Shown: positions 55,127 to 55,363 of the stretch, one piece after another
Position numbering within the stretch: position 1 is the stretch's first letter
Layout of the letters: each line of letters starts with the position of its first letter
Source: a virus
Taxonomy: Duplodnaviria; Caudoviricetes
Length of the DNA stretch: 55,363 bases
Strand: one strand, 5' to 3'
IMG/VR virus record: IMGVR_UViG_3300048582_000091
Span: 1 to 55,363 of that record
The notes under the pieces: generated by a model
Databases searched by the model: none
What the model saw: only the letters and a program-made list of their open reading frames with translations
What the model was told of the DNA's origin: nothing
Position numbers and translations under genes: made by a program

Positions 55127-55363
55127 AAGAAATAAAAAAGTATCACGATAAGACTACTATTATATCAGAACACTACTATCTTGACGAGCAATTTCGCATA
55201 CAGGGCGAATATAAAAGATGGTACAAGAACGGACAGCTACACCTATACTGCGATTGCGAAGACGACCTTCGCAATGGGGAGTATAAGCAATGGGATCAAA
55301 ACGGATTATTACAACACCACTCTATATGGGAAAGAGGAAAGTTACACGGTGAGTGCAGTGAGT
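55123..55363 (+). CDS. MORN-variant repeat protein, runs off the window
   Basis: ATGA overlap; MKEIKKYH...QGEYKRWYKNG...NGEYKQWDQNG. Confidence 0.8.
   Translation, partial: MKEIKKYHDKTTIISEHYYLDEQFRIQGEYKRWYKNGQLHLYCDCEDDLRNGEYKQWDQNGLLQHHSIWERGKLHGECSE

Noticed and set aside
1-55363. Stop-codon reassignment, as in some large phages
   Set aside because: Conserved genes are full length in the standard code, and TAA, TGA and TAG all end genes at sensible boundaries.

Overview
This window is a gene-dense, AT-rich segment of a large lytic dsDNA tailed phage with T4-like core genes, using the standard genetic code. The host is probably a proteobacterium, given consensus sigma70 promoters, an OprI/Lpp-like lipoprotein and CspA. 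Bases 1-21,000 (+ strand) hold a replication and DNA-modification block: family B DNA polymerase, sliding clamp, TGT/DpdA-like transglycosylase, QueD-paralogue with the DpdL motif, QueE, glycosyltransferase, phosphoribosyltransferase and 5'-3' exonuclease. The same block carries host-takeover genes (peptide deformylase, Hc1-like, L7/L12-like, polysaccharide deacetylase) and a MoxR-type AAA ATPase. From 21 kb on, + strand early genes with TTGACA-N17-TATAAT promoters alternate with - strand islands preceded by a recurrent GATAAATA motif, a putative late promoter. These islands encode fibres, gp38-like Gly-rich adhesins and beta-propeller virion proteins. The best candidate for an undescribed system is a nine-gene - strand operon at 21089-27084. 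It couples an orphan adhesin to a cupin-like protein, a membrane desaturase, a GNAT-like protein, an asparagine-synthetase-like ligase, a sulfotransferase-like protein and a 2OG-Fe(II) oxygenase. Also notable are a shared short N-terminal tag on unrelated virion proteins and a 7-deazaguanine cluster containing a glycosyltransferase. No tRNA, rRNA, CRISPR array, integrase or transposase was seen. All family calls come from motif recognition by eye, not database searches.
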